A stretch of DNA of 64,000 bases from the human T2T-CHM13v2.0 reference genome, Homo sapiens, in assembly GCF_009914755.1 (NCBI RefSeq), contig NC_060930.1, one strand, 5' to 3'. The position numbers and the translations under genes were made by a program. The notes beneath the pieces were generated by a model, which was not told where the DNA came from, made no database searches, and saw only the letters and a list, made by a program, of their open reading frames with translations. Positions 1 to 14,149 of this stretch are shown here, in pieces (the stretch's first letter is position 1; every line of letters starts with the position of its first letter).

Positions 1-82
1 TTTGGGAGGCTGAGGTGGTGGGATTGCTTTAGCCCAGGAGTTTGAGACGAGCCTGGACAACATTGGGAAACCCCCCTCTCTA
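1..82 (+). mobile_element. Alu left arm/FLAM fragment cut by window edge
   Basis: TTTGGGAGGCTGAGG...GCCCAGGAGTTTGAGAC..AGCCTGG; followed by (TTA)n/(TCA)n. Confidence 0.9.
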
Positions 83-377
83 TTATTATTATTGTTATCA
101 TCATCATTATTATTATTATTTTCAAGTTCAGCTTAAGAAAACATTTTGTTTCAAAATAACTTCCTTGGCAAGTGGGATCTTTGGAAGGGATTTAAGCAGG
201 GTGTAACACGTCATATTCACTTTTTGAAATATTGCCCAGAGACTGCATAGAAAATAGATTGAGCCTAGAAACAATTCTCCAGAGGAGAGTCATAGAGGAC
301 CTGAACTAGGCAGTAGCAGAGGGATGGAGACAAGAAGACCGCTGTGAGACATGCCAGGGAAGACGGCCTTCTAGACC

Positions 378-540
378 CTAGTGACTCTAAGCATGGTCTC
401 TGGGCCAACAGCCTCAGCATCTCTCGGGAGATTGTGAGAAATGCGAATTCTCAGGCCCCAACCCAGATCTACTGAATAAAAATCTGCTTGGAAAAGATCG
501 CCAAGGGATCCATATGCTCCTTAAACTTCAGAAGCACTGC
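378..540. mobile_element. MER5B-like hAT-Charlie MITE within L2 remnants
   Basis: CAGCATCTC..GGGAG..TGAGAAATGCGAATTCTCAGGCCCC..CCCAGATCTACTGAAT...GAAGCACTG. Confidence 0.75.
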
Positions 541-791
541 TTTCAGACCACTTGCCTGGGAGAGGGATGGAGGAAGGAATGGACGATGACTCTGAGCCTG
601 TGTTCAAGCATTATAAAATGGGTGAGACCTTCTAGAACAACATGGATGAGACCTTTCTTTGAGAAGAGTGCTTTCCCTTCAACAGGTCAGTGGGTATGGC
701 GAGGGCATTCTGGTGCCATGACCTCTCCCTAAACAGCTGACAATCACCGCATAGTTTGTTGTTAAAGTGCCATTTGCTTTCTCTTATTATA

Positions 792-1335
792 CAGCAGGTC
801 TTCAAATAATGTTACAATGTTGATGAGGAAAAAAAAAATGGATTCCTGGCCAAGGCCACTATCTGTGTGGAGTTTGCAAGCTCTCCCCACATCTGTGTGG
901 GTTTTCTCCAGGTGATCCAGTTTCCTCCCACTTCCCAAATCTGTGCCTGTTAGGTAAATTGGCATGTCCACACTGCCCCGGTGTGAGGGAGTGTGGGCGT
1001 GTGTGTGAGGTGTGAGTGTGCCCTGTGATGGGATGGCACCTTATCCAGGTCTGGTTCCTGCCTTTTGCCATGAGCTGCTGGGACAGGGCCCAGCCACCTG
1101 CAACCCTGAACTGGAAGAAGCAAGTAAATAATTATCTTACTTAATTTTATCACTCTTTCTTAAATGTATGTGTAGCCCACACTTATTTCTATGTTTAATA
1201 TAAAAAGTGTTTTGCTCTAAACATAACTCTGTTTTATATCAATTAGCCTAAGTTCAAATTGGTTTCATTGTACCTTCTATGTCATTTCACTTAGTCACAG
1301 TTCCCGAGAACCCATCATTAAGGAGGGACTTACTG
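792..1335 (+). mobile_element. MER6A-like TcMar-Tigger non-autonomous DNA transposon
   Basis: Starts CAGCAGGTCTTC, ends GGACTTACTG, TA target duplication on both sides; internal TGTGTGGAGTTTGCA..CTCCCC..TCTGTGTGGGTTTTCTCC core. Confidence 0.85.
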
Positions 1336-1427
1336 TACTCTCCTTTTCTCTGTTGGTGTGGATTTCTTCAAGGATCCAGGATCACCTTCCCCACTTTTGG
1401 CTATCCTAATGAACTGGCCCACTGTAA

Positions 1428-1758
<331 letters not shown>

Positions 1759-1908
1759 TGCCTGGGCTATTCTTAACTTTCTTTTTCTCTCCCCCAACAC
1801 TTTCTTGTCTAATATTTTATTCTTTGTGGGTTTGCTAATTTAAGCTAAAATACTGGTGGCTAATAAGGCTCATATATTTCATCTCTTCAAATAAAGATTT
1901 TAGTATTA

Positions 1909-2237
<329 letters not shown>

Positions 2238-2416
2238 CTGTTCCTTAACTCAAGGACATCAGAGATGGGACTGTTTTAAGCATCCAGTCAATGAGGAAAT
2301 ATTCAGAGGCACAGGGTCTTTAAGACCCTCTCAGCTAGATGACATTTTCTCCTGTTGCTGTTCTGCATGTAACTGTGCTTGATCTCAAGAAACGATGTTC
2401 ACTCCTATCTGCTTGT

Positions 2417-2447
2417 GTTTTCTTTCTTTTCTTTCTTTCTTTCTTTT

Positions 2448-2483
<36 letters not shown>

Positions 2484-2565
2484 TCCTTTCCTTTCCTTCC
2501 TTCCTTCCTTCCTTCCTTCCTTCCTTCCTTCCTTCCTTCCTTCCTTCCTTCCTTCCTTCCTTCCT

Positions 2566-2601
<36 letters not shown>

Positions 2602-2640
2602 TCCTTCTTTCTTTCTTCCTTCCTTCCTTCCTTCCTTTCC

Positions 2641-2679
<39 letters not shown>

Positions 2680-2720
2680 CTCTTTCTTTCTCTCTTTGTT
2701 TTCTTTTCTTTTTTTTTTTT
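2417..2720. repeat. Compound (TTTC)n/(TTCC)n microsatellite, ~300 bp
   Basis: Directly visible; occupies tail position of adjacent minus-strand Alu. Confidence 0.97.
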
Positions 2721-3011
2721 ATAGGGTTTCACTTTGTTACCCAGCCTGGAGTGCAGTGGTGCAATCTAAGCTCACTGCAAACTTTGCCTCCATGGGATCA
2801 AGTGATCCTCCTGCCTTAGCCTCCTGAGTAGTTCGGACTACAGACATGAGACACCAAGCTCAGCTAATTTTTTTTTTTTTTTTTTTTTGGTAGAGATGAG
2901 GTCTCACTATGTTGCCCAGGCTGGTCTAGAACTCCCGGGCTCTGGCAATCAGCCTGCCCCAGCTCCCCAACAAGCTGGGGATGAGATGGGCATGAGCCAC
3001 CACACCCAGCC
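2721..3011 (-). mobile_element. AluJ
   Basis: Diverged dimeric Alu with J-type GGATCAAGTGATCCTCC. Confidence 0.9.
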
Positions 3012-3029
3012 CTGCTTGTTTTTGCCTCT

Positions 3030-3280
3030 AGTGCTCTCTCTCTGCCTGGAATGCAATTCCCCAGCTCCCCTGCCACCTCAGGCTGAGTTGGGTACCCCCA
3101 CCTGTGTGGTCTCCTTGGGCATCCCCCCCTCATAGCCTGTTATCATGCTGCACTCTAATTGTTGGTTTACATGTCCCTCCCACACTTGATTCAGAGTCTT
3201 TTCATCTTTATACCCTCAAAGCATATCAGAGTGCCTTGCTCATACCAGAGGCATAATAAATATTTGTTAAATGAGTCAAC
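3030..3280 (+). mobile_element. L2 3' end
   Basis: CTCTGCCTGGAATGC...ATAAATATTTGTTAAATGAGT. Confidence 0.7.
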
Positions 3281-4910
3281 GAAAGACTATGTGGCTGTGG
3301 ACGAGGCTGGCTTTGAGTGTAGGCTGGGATGGGGGAGTTGGAACAGTAGTGTCTGTAGCAGTAAGAGGCGGAATTAGAACTCACGAACATCTAGACATAT
3401 AATGAGGTCAGGAGCTACTCTGCATTCTGCATGGGTCTTTGCATATCTCTGAATTACTTATAATACACTACCGGGCCCTTCTGATGAAGTGTAAGCTAGA
3501 AAATTCCTCCCCACCTTAACTTTATGGGCAAGCATTGAAACCTGCCCAGTGTTATTCTCACTGAAAGGCTCATACAGCAGTGACTGTAAAGTGGGTTTGG
3601 TCACTTATTTTTACTTTTATGAGTGTTTTATTTTCAGTTGTAATAGTAATCTTAGTAAGCTTTTACTTAGTGTACACTAAGATCCCAACAAACAATAGAT
3701 TTGCCCTTAGCCTACGTCCACTCCCCAACCTCTGTTTGCTGAGGGATTCTCAGCCTTAAGAAAGGATGCACTCCTACACAGTCTACCTACCCTCTAATAA
3801 ATGCCAAGACAATGCAAGGGAAGTAAAAAATACCAAAGTGAGAAAATACTGCTATTGTAGCTTGAAGCTTAGAGGGTACATTCCTCCCTACCTTAACTTA
3901 AATACTCTTTCCACAGAAGCAAGAAACAAAGACAGATCCCTGAAAACCAAGAGTAATAGAGAAAGTGTTTACATGAATGGACACAGGGGCATGTTTTGTT
4001 CTTTCTCAGCGATCCTTTGTTGTTGCAGAGACTATATATGATCCTGATGGGCAAGAGGGCCTAGTGATTTGTCTTTTCATTCTCCTCCACTAATGATCCT
4101 CTGAACAGTCTACTGATCACATTTCCTTGCCCTTCATTCTTTTTAAAAAGACCTTTGAAATTTAGTTCTCACTCTCCATACTCCCAATCCACCCATGGCC
4201 ATTGCTCTTCCTTATGTCAGCTCTCTGCTTTCCCACATCACCTCCTAAAATGCCATTTCTGTATTTTGTTTTGAGAAAGCTATACTTGTATCTGATAGTT
4301 ATGAAGTCATGTGTAATTACACTTTTATCTTTTCTGGTCATTACCACATATATATACCATATAAGAACACTGAAAGTAGTCACTCTGAAAATGAACCTCA
4401 AATTTATTTTCATGCCATGGAAACCAATGTTTCCAGAAATCATAAGTAAGTCACCCACATGGATCAAGATCATGTTTCTTACTCCCCAGCAGAAGGACTA
4501 TAGCTGGCCCCTCTTACAACATTGGGGAGGGGTGCCCCAATTTCATGCTATAATCACCAGAATTTGATAGGATGCACATGGCTAAGACAGAGACAATCTG
4601 AAGATGCATGGAGATCCTGGAAATGATGCTTGCTGAAAGAAGGGAGGCATCTAGACATGCTTTGCCTCATTCACAACATTTCTATTTTAAAAATTAATAT
4701 TTTAACTTTTATTTTAGGTTCAGGGGTATATGTGCAGGTTTGTTATATGGGTCAACTTGTAACTTGGAGATCTGGTATACAGATTATTTGATCACCTGGG
4801 TACTAAGCATAGTACCTAGCAGTTTATTTTTTTCCCTGAACCTCTCCTTCTCCTCACCCTCCTCCCACAAGCAGGCCCCAGTGTCTGTTGTTCACCTCGT
4901 TCTGTCCATG

Positions 4911-7323
4911 TGTATTAGTTCATTCTTACACTGCTATAAAAAAAAGTACCTGAGACTGGGTAATTTATAAAGAAAAGAGGTTTAATTGGCTCACGGTTCT
5001 GCAGGCTGAACAGGAAGCATGGCTGCGGAGTCTCAGGAAACTTACAATCATGGTGGAAGGTGAAGGGGAAGCAGGTGCATCTTACATGGTTGGAGCAGGA
5101 GGAAGAGAATGAAGAGGGAGGTCCTATACACTTTTAAACAACCAGATCTTGTGAGAACTCACTCACTATATGAAAACTGCAAGGAGGAAATCCACCCCCA
5201 TGATTCAGTTACCTCTCACCAGGCCCCTCCTCCAACAATGGGGAGTACACTTTGACATGAGATTTGGGCGGAGACAAAAATCCAAACCATATCATTCTGC
5301 CTCTGCCCCTCCCAAATCTCCTGTTCTCACATTGCAAAATACAATTATTCCTTCTCAACAGTCCCCCAAGTCTTAACTCATTCTAGCATTAACTCAAAAG
5401 TCCATAGTCCAAAGTCTCACCTGAAATGAGGCAAGTTCCTTCAGACTATGAGCCTGTAAAATCAAAAGAAGATTAGTTACTTCTAAGATACAATGATGGT
5501 ACAGGCATTGGGTAAATATACCAATTCCAATAGGGAGAAATCAGGCAAAACAAAGGGGCTGCAGGCCCTATGCAGGTCTGAAATTCAGCAGGACAGTCAT
5601 TAAATCTTAAAGCCCCAAAATAATCTCCTTTTACTCCATGTCTCACATCCAGGCAACTCTGATGCAAGGAGTGGGCTCCCAAGGCCTTAGGCATCTCTGC
5701 CCCTGTGGCTCTTTAGGGTACAGCCCCCTTGGCTGCTTTCATGGGCTGGTGTTGTGTGCCTGTGGCTTTTCCAGGTACATGGTGCAAGCTGTTGATGGAT
5801 CTACCATTCCAGGGTCTGGAGGTTGGTGACTCTCTTCTCACAGCTCCACTAGGCAGGGCCCCAGTGAGCACTCTGTGTGGGAGCTCCAACCCCACATTTC
5901 CCCTCCACACTGCCCTAGTAGAGGTTCTCCATGAGGGCTCTGCCCCTGCAGCAGACGTCTGCCTGGACATCCAGGCATTTCCATACATCCTTTGAAATCT
6001 AGGCAGAGGCTACGAAGCCTCAACACTTGTCCTCTGTGCACATGCAGGCTTAATACCATGTGGAAGCTGCCGAGGCTTATGGCTTACATCTTCTGGAGCA
6101 GCAGCCTGAGACATATCTGGGGCCCTTTTAGCCATGGCTGGAGCTGGAGTGTCTGGGACACAGGGAGCAGTGTTCTGAGGTAATGCAGGGCATTAGGGCC
6201 CTGGGCCCAGCCTGCAAAACTATTCTTCCCTGCTAGGCCTCCAGACCTGTGATGGGAGGGTCTGCTGTGAAGGTTTCTGAAATGCCTTCAAGGCATTTCC
6301 CCCATTGTCTTGACTATTAACATTTGGCTTCTCTTTAGCTATGCAAATTTCTGCAGCTGGCTTGAATTCCTCCCCAGAAAATAGGTTTTTCTTTTCTACA
6401 ACATGGCTGGGCTGCAAATTTACCAAACTTTTATGCTCTGCTTCCCTTTTAAATGTAAGTTCCAGTTTCAGATCATCTCTTGTTTGCTCACAAATATAAG
6501 CATATGCTGTTAGAAGCAGCCAGGCCACATCTTGAAGGCCACATCTTGAATGCTTTGCTACTTAGAAATTTCTTCTACCAGAAACCCTAAATAATCATTC
6601 TCAAGTTCAAAGTTCCACAGATCTCTAGGACAGGGGCACAATGTCTCTAGTCTCTGCTAAAGCATAGCAAGAGTGACCTTTACTCCAGTTCTCAATAAGA
6701 TCCTCATCTCCATCTGAGACCACCTCAGCCTAGCCTTCACTGTTCATATCACTATCAGCATTTTGGTCACAATAATTTAACAAGTCTCTAGGACTTCCAA
6801 ACTTTCCCTCATCTTCTTGTCTTTTTCTGAGCCCTTCAAACTGTTCTAACCTCTGCTCACTACCCAGTTTCAAAGCTGCTTCTACATTTTCAGATATCTT
6901 TATGGCAATATCACACTCCCAGTACCATTTTTCTGTATTAGTCCATTCTCTCATTACTATAAAGAACTACGTGAGACTGGGTAATTTATAAAGAGAAAAG
7001 GTTTAATTGGCTCATATTTCTGCAGACTGTACAGGAGGCATGGCTACAGAGGCCTCAGGAAACTTACAATCATGGTGGACGGTGAAGGGTGAAAGGGAAG
7101 CCACAATGTCCTACATGGCTGGAGCAGGAGGAAGAGAGTGAAGGAGGAAGTGCTACACACTTTTAAATGACCAGATCTTGTGAGAACTCACTCACTATCA
7201 TGAGAACAGCAAAGGGGAAATCACCCCCACAATTCAATCACCTCTCATCAGGCCCCTCCTCCAATACTGGGGATTAAAATTCATCATTAGATTTGGGTGG
7301 GGACACAGATCCAAACCATAGCA
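4911..7323 (-). mobile_element. Full-length MSTA/THE1D-type ERVL-MaLR (LTR 4911-5294, internal 5295-6933, LTR 6934-7323)
   Basis: Two LTRs, each TGTATTAGT...AAACCATA(T/G)CA; ~1.6 kb MaLR internal region; 5-bp TSD CCATG/CCATA. Confidence 0.93.
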
Positions 7324-7959
7324 CCATATGTTCTCATTATTTATCTCCCACATGTAAGTGAGAATATTCGGTATTGGGTTTTCAGTTCCTGTGTTAGATT
7401 GCTAAGGATAATGGCCTCCAGCTTCATCCATGTTCCTGCAAAGGACATGATTTCACTCTTTTTGTGGCTGCATAGTATTCCATGGTGTATATGTACCACA
7501 TTTTTGTTATCCAGCCTACCATTGATGGGCATTTAGGTTGATTCCATGTCTTTGCTATTGTAAATAGTACTGCGATGAACATATGCATGCATGTGTCTTT
7601 ATGGTAGAATGACTTATATTCCTTTGGGTATATACCCAGTAATGGGATTTCTGGGTTGAATGGTAGTTTTGTTTTTTGTTTTTTGAGGAATTGCCACAAT
7701 GTTTCCCACAACATTGGACTAATTTAAACTACCACCAGCAGTGTATAAGAGTTCCCTTTTCTCTGCAACGTTGCCGGCATCTGTTATTTTTTGACTTTTT
7801 AGTAATAGCCATTCTGATTGGTGTTAGATGGTATTTCATTGTGGTTTTTGATTTGGATTTTTCTAATTATTAGTGATAATTAACATTTTTCCATATGCTT
7901 ATTGGCTGCATGTACGTCTTCTTTTGAAAAGTGTCTGTTCGCATTCTTTGTCCACTTTT

Positions 7960-8266
7960 ATGTTTGGTTTTTTGTTTTTGTTTTTTGTTTTTGGTCTTGC
8001 TCTGACACCCAGGTTGGAGTGCAGTGATGCGATCTCGGCTCACTGTAACCTCTGCTTCCCGGGTTGAAGCGATTCTCCTGCCTCATCCTCCTGAGTAGCT
8101 GGGATTACAGGTGTGCCACATGCCTGGCTAATTTTTTTGTATTTTTAGCAGACACAGGGTTTTACCATGTTGCCCAGGCTGGTCTCAAACTCCTGGCCTC
8201 ATGTGATCTACCTGCCTCGGCCTCTCAAAGTGCTGGGATTACAGGTGTGAGCCATCGTGCCTGTCC
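7960..8266 (-). mobile_element. Alu (old S/J) inserted in L1
   Basis: Exact TSD CTTTGTCCACTTTT at 7946-7959 and 8267-8280. Confidence 0.93.
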
Positions 8267-11212
8267 CTTTGTCCACTTTTTAATGTGGTTGTGCAACATT
8301 TCTTGGGGCCAGTTCCAACTTCAGTTATGCAGCCTTTGGCTCAAGAGCCTTCACAGGATTTCCTTTGGCATTTGCTGCATTTTTGCCAATTCCCACAATA
8401 TTGTTTGAACTGTAACAGTTTTTCCTTGTTTCTTTCTTTTTTCACCAACTGGGATCTAAGATTGACTTACAGAAGCAAGGTATGTCTGAAACGATTAATA
8501 TTTCTCTAAGTCTCTATGTGCATCAAGATTTGTAACCTATTGTGAACTTGTGTAACAACCATTTAATCAGTGCAATTGATCAAAGTAGCTTTCTACACAA
8601 AAGTGGGTACCTGGCTATCATGTAATCATGAAAAAGCAACAACTCTGAATTTTATTATATTATATTTATGTGCTCCATTTATTATGGTGTTGCCCTCCAA
8701 AATGAAATTACATACCCAAATTAAAAATGCACTAAAATATTTTAGTGACAAGAAAATATTTTTCTTTTTTAATATCTGCAGAATGGGCACAAACATATTA
8801 TACTGGGAATATTTCATTTCATTTTTAAAAAATCATAGAGGCAACATTATGCATTTAGACTCATATTGCAAAGAGCATTATTATTTGCTCTATTTTGACT
8901 CCTTTATATTTTCCTTTCTTTTTAAAAGAATATGCGTGTGTGTGTGTGTTTGTGTTGTTTTACTGTCTGGAAGATGACAAACTGTATACTTTAGTGACAT
9001 AAATTACCTGAACAATTTACTGTAGATGCTCCTGGCAGAAAAGGCCACGTCACTCTTGTGTTTCCTTCTTTGCTGCTGTGAGAACGCTATGTTCCCTGGA
9101 GAGCCTGGTGAGGCCTGTCTGGGCTAAATTCTTTTCACATGCATGGTTCACTGCTTGAATACCCAAGAGGCAGAGCTTACTCTCTCACTCTCTGTCTGAG
9201 AATGGGTTTACCATTCTTGTGATTGCCCCTTGCATTCTGCTTTTCTGCCTCCAGTAATGTTTGGTATTTGATAATTTAGGGAAAAAGGACCACCAGCTAT
9301 GCACTTGGACAATTATGAAATAAATGCTGTTTAGGGCATGCAAAGGTTTTATAAATTCTAGCCGGTGATCAGCTCCCAACCCAACGAATGCATTTCAATT
9401 GTGTTTATCTTTGCTTGCATATCTAGAAACAAGACATAAACACAGTTATCAACCATTTGGCACCTTTTAAATGGACACAATCATCCACTGTCTAACTTGT
9501 AGTGCTATTAAAGTTTGATGTGCAGTTGTAAGAAGCTCTGTTGTCTTCCTTTAATGGCACCAAATCAGGTACAGTCAAATGTTTGCAGACAAGATGCCAG
9601 CCAAACCTTAAAGCTGCAAAGGCTCAATCTACCTGGCCAGAAAGTGGTGGCCCCACCCGTTTCTCTATATGCATCCTAATTGTCTCTTTCATAAGTCTCC
9701 TGGAGGGCATGTGTATGAATACATTAAACATGTCTAGAAGATAATAAGTGGGGTTTAAGTAGTCTCAACTTTAGCCTTTTTGACTCAAAATATCCCAGAC
9801 CTGGCAATGGAATGAGCGGGATTATCTGCCTTTTTGTTTCACGGCAGTCCAGTCATTCTGAATGTTACCTTTGGTGTTGCTCAAACACCAGGCATTTCAC
9901 ATGCCCTCAGCTAACAGAATAGCTGAGTATGACTGTCAGTTTCTCCCTTAGGTGGTCACTCAGTCCCAAATTTCCCATTTCTATGACTAATACCAGCATA
10001 TTTAATATGACGTTGAACACCTTGACCTCCTTTATCTTCTCTTTCTCATGTTCATTACTACCATTACTAATTGTACCTGCTTACTACCACCCACAATTTG
10101 GTACATGTCTGGATTGGGAAAGCAGCCTCCTAATCATTTCTGTACATCCAGCTTTCCTCTCTGCTTTCTGCACAGCTGCCAGAACAAGCTCCTGCATATG
10201 CTGTTTGTAGCACATCCAGCGATTCATTACCAAAAACTAGAGCCTATTACTTAAGGTCTCCAACAACTGGTTTTCTTTTTAACTTCTCTCTTTCCCCTGT
10301 TATTTTCTCCTTTCTGTATCCAACTCAGTGTGCTTTCACCTCACTTCATAAGTGTTGCAAGATGTTTGCCCTTACATTTTTGCATGAATCTTTGCACCAG
10401 TCTGGGTGTTCGCTTGTCTTTTCTCTCTGCATCTCTCAAGACCTGAGCTCATCATCCACGAAACCACTCTCCTTTAATTAGGCTACCATTCTGATTACTT
10501 CTTCATTTTGCTTTCCTTGTCCCCTGTAAGTTTTTAGTCTATTGAAATTTGAGTCAAAATTAAGTAATTTTGAACCCAACGATGTTTTGTTTTATAATTA
10601 TTCACAGCATGCTTCCAGTGCATTTGGAATGTACCTCAACCAAACTTTGGAATATACCTCCACCATATACATGATTAAAAACTTCTTAAAGTCACAGAAT
10701 ATGTCATCTACTGTTTTTTATACTACCCATATACCATGCTTCTATTCAGCCTTCGTGCAACAAATGCTCATGAGCATATAGGGGCTGCAGATACAGCAGG
10801 AGTGAGAAAGATAGGACTAGTTCTTGCCCTCAAGAGCTAGTGGGGAGTGGGCTCATCCAATTAATATCTCTGAGACACAAAGGGAATATTAGGCATGTGA
10901 TTTCCAAAGGAACAAAAAGAGCATGTGCGATAACTTCACAAGCAGGAGCCAAAACAAATTCTGCATCATACCTAATGGCAAGAGAAATGAGAAAATTGCA
11001 TCCAAGTATTTATTTTGAACAGCTGTGGGATGCAACAGTACAATTAGAAAATCACATGTCAGGCACTGGACACAGGCATCTGCCAGATTCTGTTGTCCTC
11101 CTATAGCCTCTCAAAATAGTAGGACCAGCGTCTGAGGGGTGTGGGGGCTGAAAATACTCTACATTTTGATCTGGGTTGTGGCTACATGGGTGTGTATATA
11201 TGCAAAAAGTCA

Positions 11213-11375
11213 AGCCAGGTGCGATGGCATAAACCTGTAGTTCCAGCTAGGTTGCCCAGGCCGGTCTTGAACTCTTGGGCTCAAGGATCCCTTGAGGATC
11301 ACTTCAGCCCAAGCGTTCAAGACCGGCCTGGGCAACATAGTAAGACCTCATCTCAAAAACAAGCAATCAAACAAA
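11213..11375 (+). mobile_element. FLAM/Alu monomer with internal inverted duplication, within an old L1M 3' fragment (~11130-11415)
   Basis: GCCAGGTGCGATGGC..CCTGTAGTTCCAGCTA start, GACCGGCCTGGGCAACATAG..AGACC end, inverted Alu piece at 11251-11290. Confidence 0.85.
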
Positions 11376-11644
11376 TTCATCAAACTGTACCAATGTTATA
11401 CCTCAACAAAAACTTTTTTAGGTTGAAAAAAAATGGTAAGAAGGGAAAAAAGCACACACTTTGCTTTGGCCATGCCTTCTTATTTATTTTTATTTTTATT
11501 TTGTGGGCATGAAGTGAGCATGAAGCCATCTGAATGAATTCTTGTCTCCTCCTGGGCATGTGAGCCTTGGGGTGAGTCAGCGAGTCTTAGAATGCTGAAG
11601 GGTTGGTATAAAGCAACCTTCAACCTGAAGAACAATAAACTCTG

Positions 11645-11812
11645 GCTATACCTTAGAACCACTTGGATGGAGCATCTCAAAAGAAATACCATTGCGTGAT
11701 CCCCCATCCTCAGAGATCAGATTCAGCTGGTCTGGGATGGGGCCCTGTATCAGTATTTAGAAAAGATGCCACAGGTGTTTTTAATATGCAGTGAGAAATC
11801 CAAACCCCTAGT
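11645..11812. mobile_element. MER5A-like hAT-Charlie
   Basis: CTCAGAGATCAGATTCAGCTGGTCTGGGATGGGGCCC...CAGGTGTTTTTAATATGCAG. Confidence 0.7.
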
Positions 11813-12180
11813 GAGCTCCATTCCCTCTATATAGAGTTAAGGAAATGGAACGTCACAATGGTTAAGTGATTTGCCGACGGCGATGCCGCTGGGTGCTCAT
11901 CTCACCGTCTAGGGAGGATGTCCAGTCTACCCATGCCTGGAAGAACCACTGGCCTGACGTTACAAAAGAGGAAGTGATCCAAGCCTAGAATCAAATTCAG
12001 ATGTTCTGATTCTTAACCTCTAGTTTGTTTCACTTCATCTCCCTCAAACGGAGGCATTATTATTGCTAAGAGATTTTGAAATAAAAATTGCAGCTATTGC
12101 TTTAAGCTAACTTTGAACTTGTTAAAGCAAGCCCACTGACTGGAAACATTAGAAAGAAACCAGGAGGGTGAAATTTACTC

Positions 12181-12721
<541 letters not shown>

Positions 12722-14149
12722 TGATATGAATAAACAATGTTGATGACCCTCCCGGGCCCTATTCCCCATTCCCTTCTTCCCCAGTCTGTCCCTGTCTCCC
12801 CGTTGAGAAAATCTGTCACTTGGGTTAATACTTCTGACTCAACAGACTTCATGGCATCGCTCTGGCGCACTTCCACATTAAAATTTATAATAATTCAAGA
12901 TTCCAGAAAAATGAGCAAAAAATTAGTCAGAAAAAGACTAGTGAAGAAACTGATGTATCTTAAAACATCCATTTGAGAAAAGGCTTCATCAGATCTTTGC
13001 AAGCTGGCTTAAGACTTTAAGACCGCTAGGCAATATACGCACTGCCCAATTGACTTGCCCTTAGGCCTCTCTGTAATGATAACTTGAAACCTATGTGCAA
13101 CTTGTAAGACATTGAATAAATGTCTGTTTTAATGGCCTCTTTTCTGTCCACAGGAAATTTATTAGTGAGATCACCATTTAGAAGCAAATGTAAACAACCT
13201 TCTCAGAAATCTCTCAACCAAATGCACTGAACATAGCTCATTTGCTTACTGCTTTTTATCATTTTCTTTTTTTTTTTTTGAGATAATCAGGGACATTTCT
13301 GCATTCATATGTGATGACTTTTTAAAAAATATCACTTTGGGTCTGGAGAGTCATATAAGTTTTAGCTGGATGATCATTCTGTTTTTAAAAAAAGGACACA
13401 GTATATTCACATAAAAAAAGGAAAGTACATCTATAAGGTTCCGTGTCAATATGGTTGGATAATAGTACATAGATAAGAGATTCGTTTAGACTAGACCTAA
13501 CCTTATTTCAGGGTTGGCCAACATGGGAATTAAGTTACAGTAGAGCCCTGGTGCTGAATAATACTCCAAATACAGCTCTGGTCTGTTGTAGAGAAGCGAT
13601 ACCATGGAGAATATTTCTCTATGTGCCCTCATCCTTCCTTTCTGACTTAGAGGAACAGTTGTTTCACTTTCCTTTCCAAAGCTAGACTTCTCATTTTTAT
13701 TCTCTATCCTCTTGCCATCCTGCCTCCTCCAGGAACTTGTTATCTCATTCATCTCCTTTCTTTATCCTCTTCAATTTTTTTACCTCCGTTGAGGCTTTAA
13801 TCTCTGCTGAAGACCTGAACAATCTACTTTTCTTTGAAGAAAAAGAAAACAAACAGAAACACATACCAAATTGATAAGCTGATGGGTGATCGTGGTGACC
13901 CTTCAAGCTTTCATTCATTTAATCCCTTTCATTTGATCCCAAATATCTAAACCAACTTGTCCAAGCTCTCTGAGTTCTCCACATCCTTTCCTATCAGTGA
14001 CTGCTCTTTTCTTAAAATTCTCTTTTCTCTTAGTCTCTGGATCATGTCACAATTCTGGTTCTCATCCTTCCCTTGACTACTTTACATTTTCTTTATTGGC
14101 ATTTTCTTCTCTTCCCACCTCCTAAATGCAAAGATCACTCTTTTGTCTC

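Larger units (their letters stand above)
4700..8292 (-). mobile_element. Old L1PA (L1PA15/16-like) 3' portion interrupted by MaLR and Alu
   Basis: L1 3'UTR (AGGTTCAGGGGTATATGTGCAGGTTTG) at 4716-4910 resumes at 7329; ORF2 C-terminal remnants in ORFs 7424-7714 and 7341-7532; resumes again after Alu at 8267. Confidence 0.9.

Noticed and set aside
2339-2827. Long ORFs rich in F/L/S/P or K/E/R
   Set aside because: Translations of the TTTC/TTCC microsatellite and an Alu.
9044-9052. GCCACGTCA (UPRE/CREB3-type motif)
   Set aside because: Single motif without supporting context.
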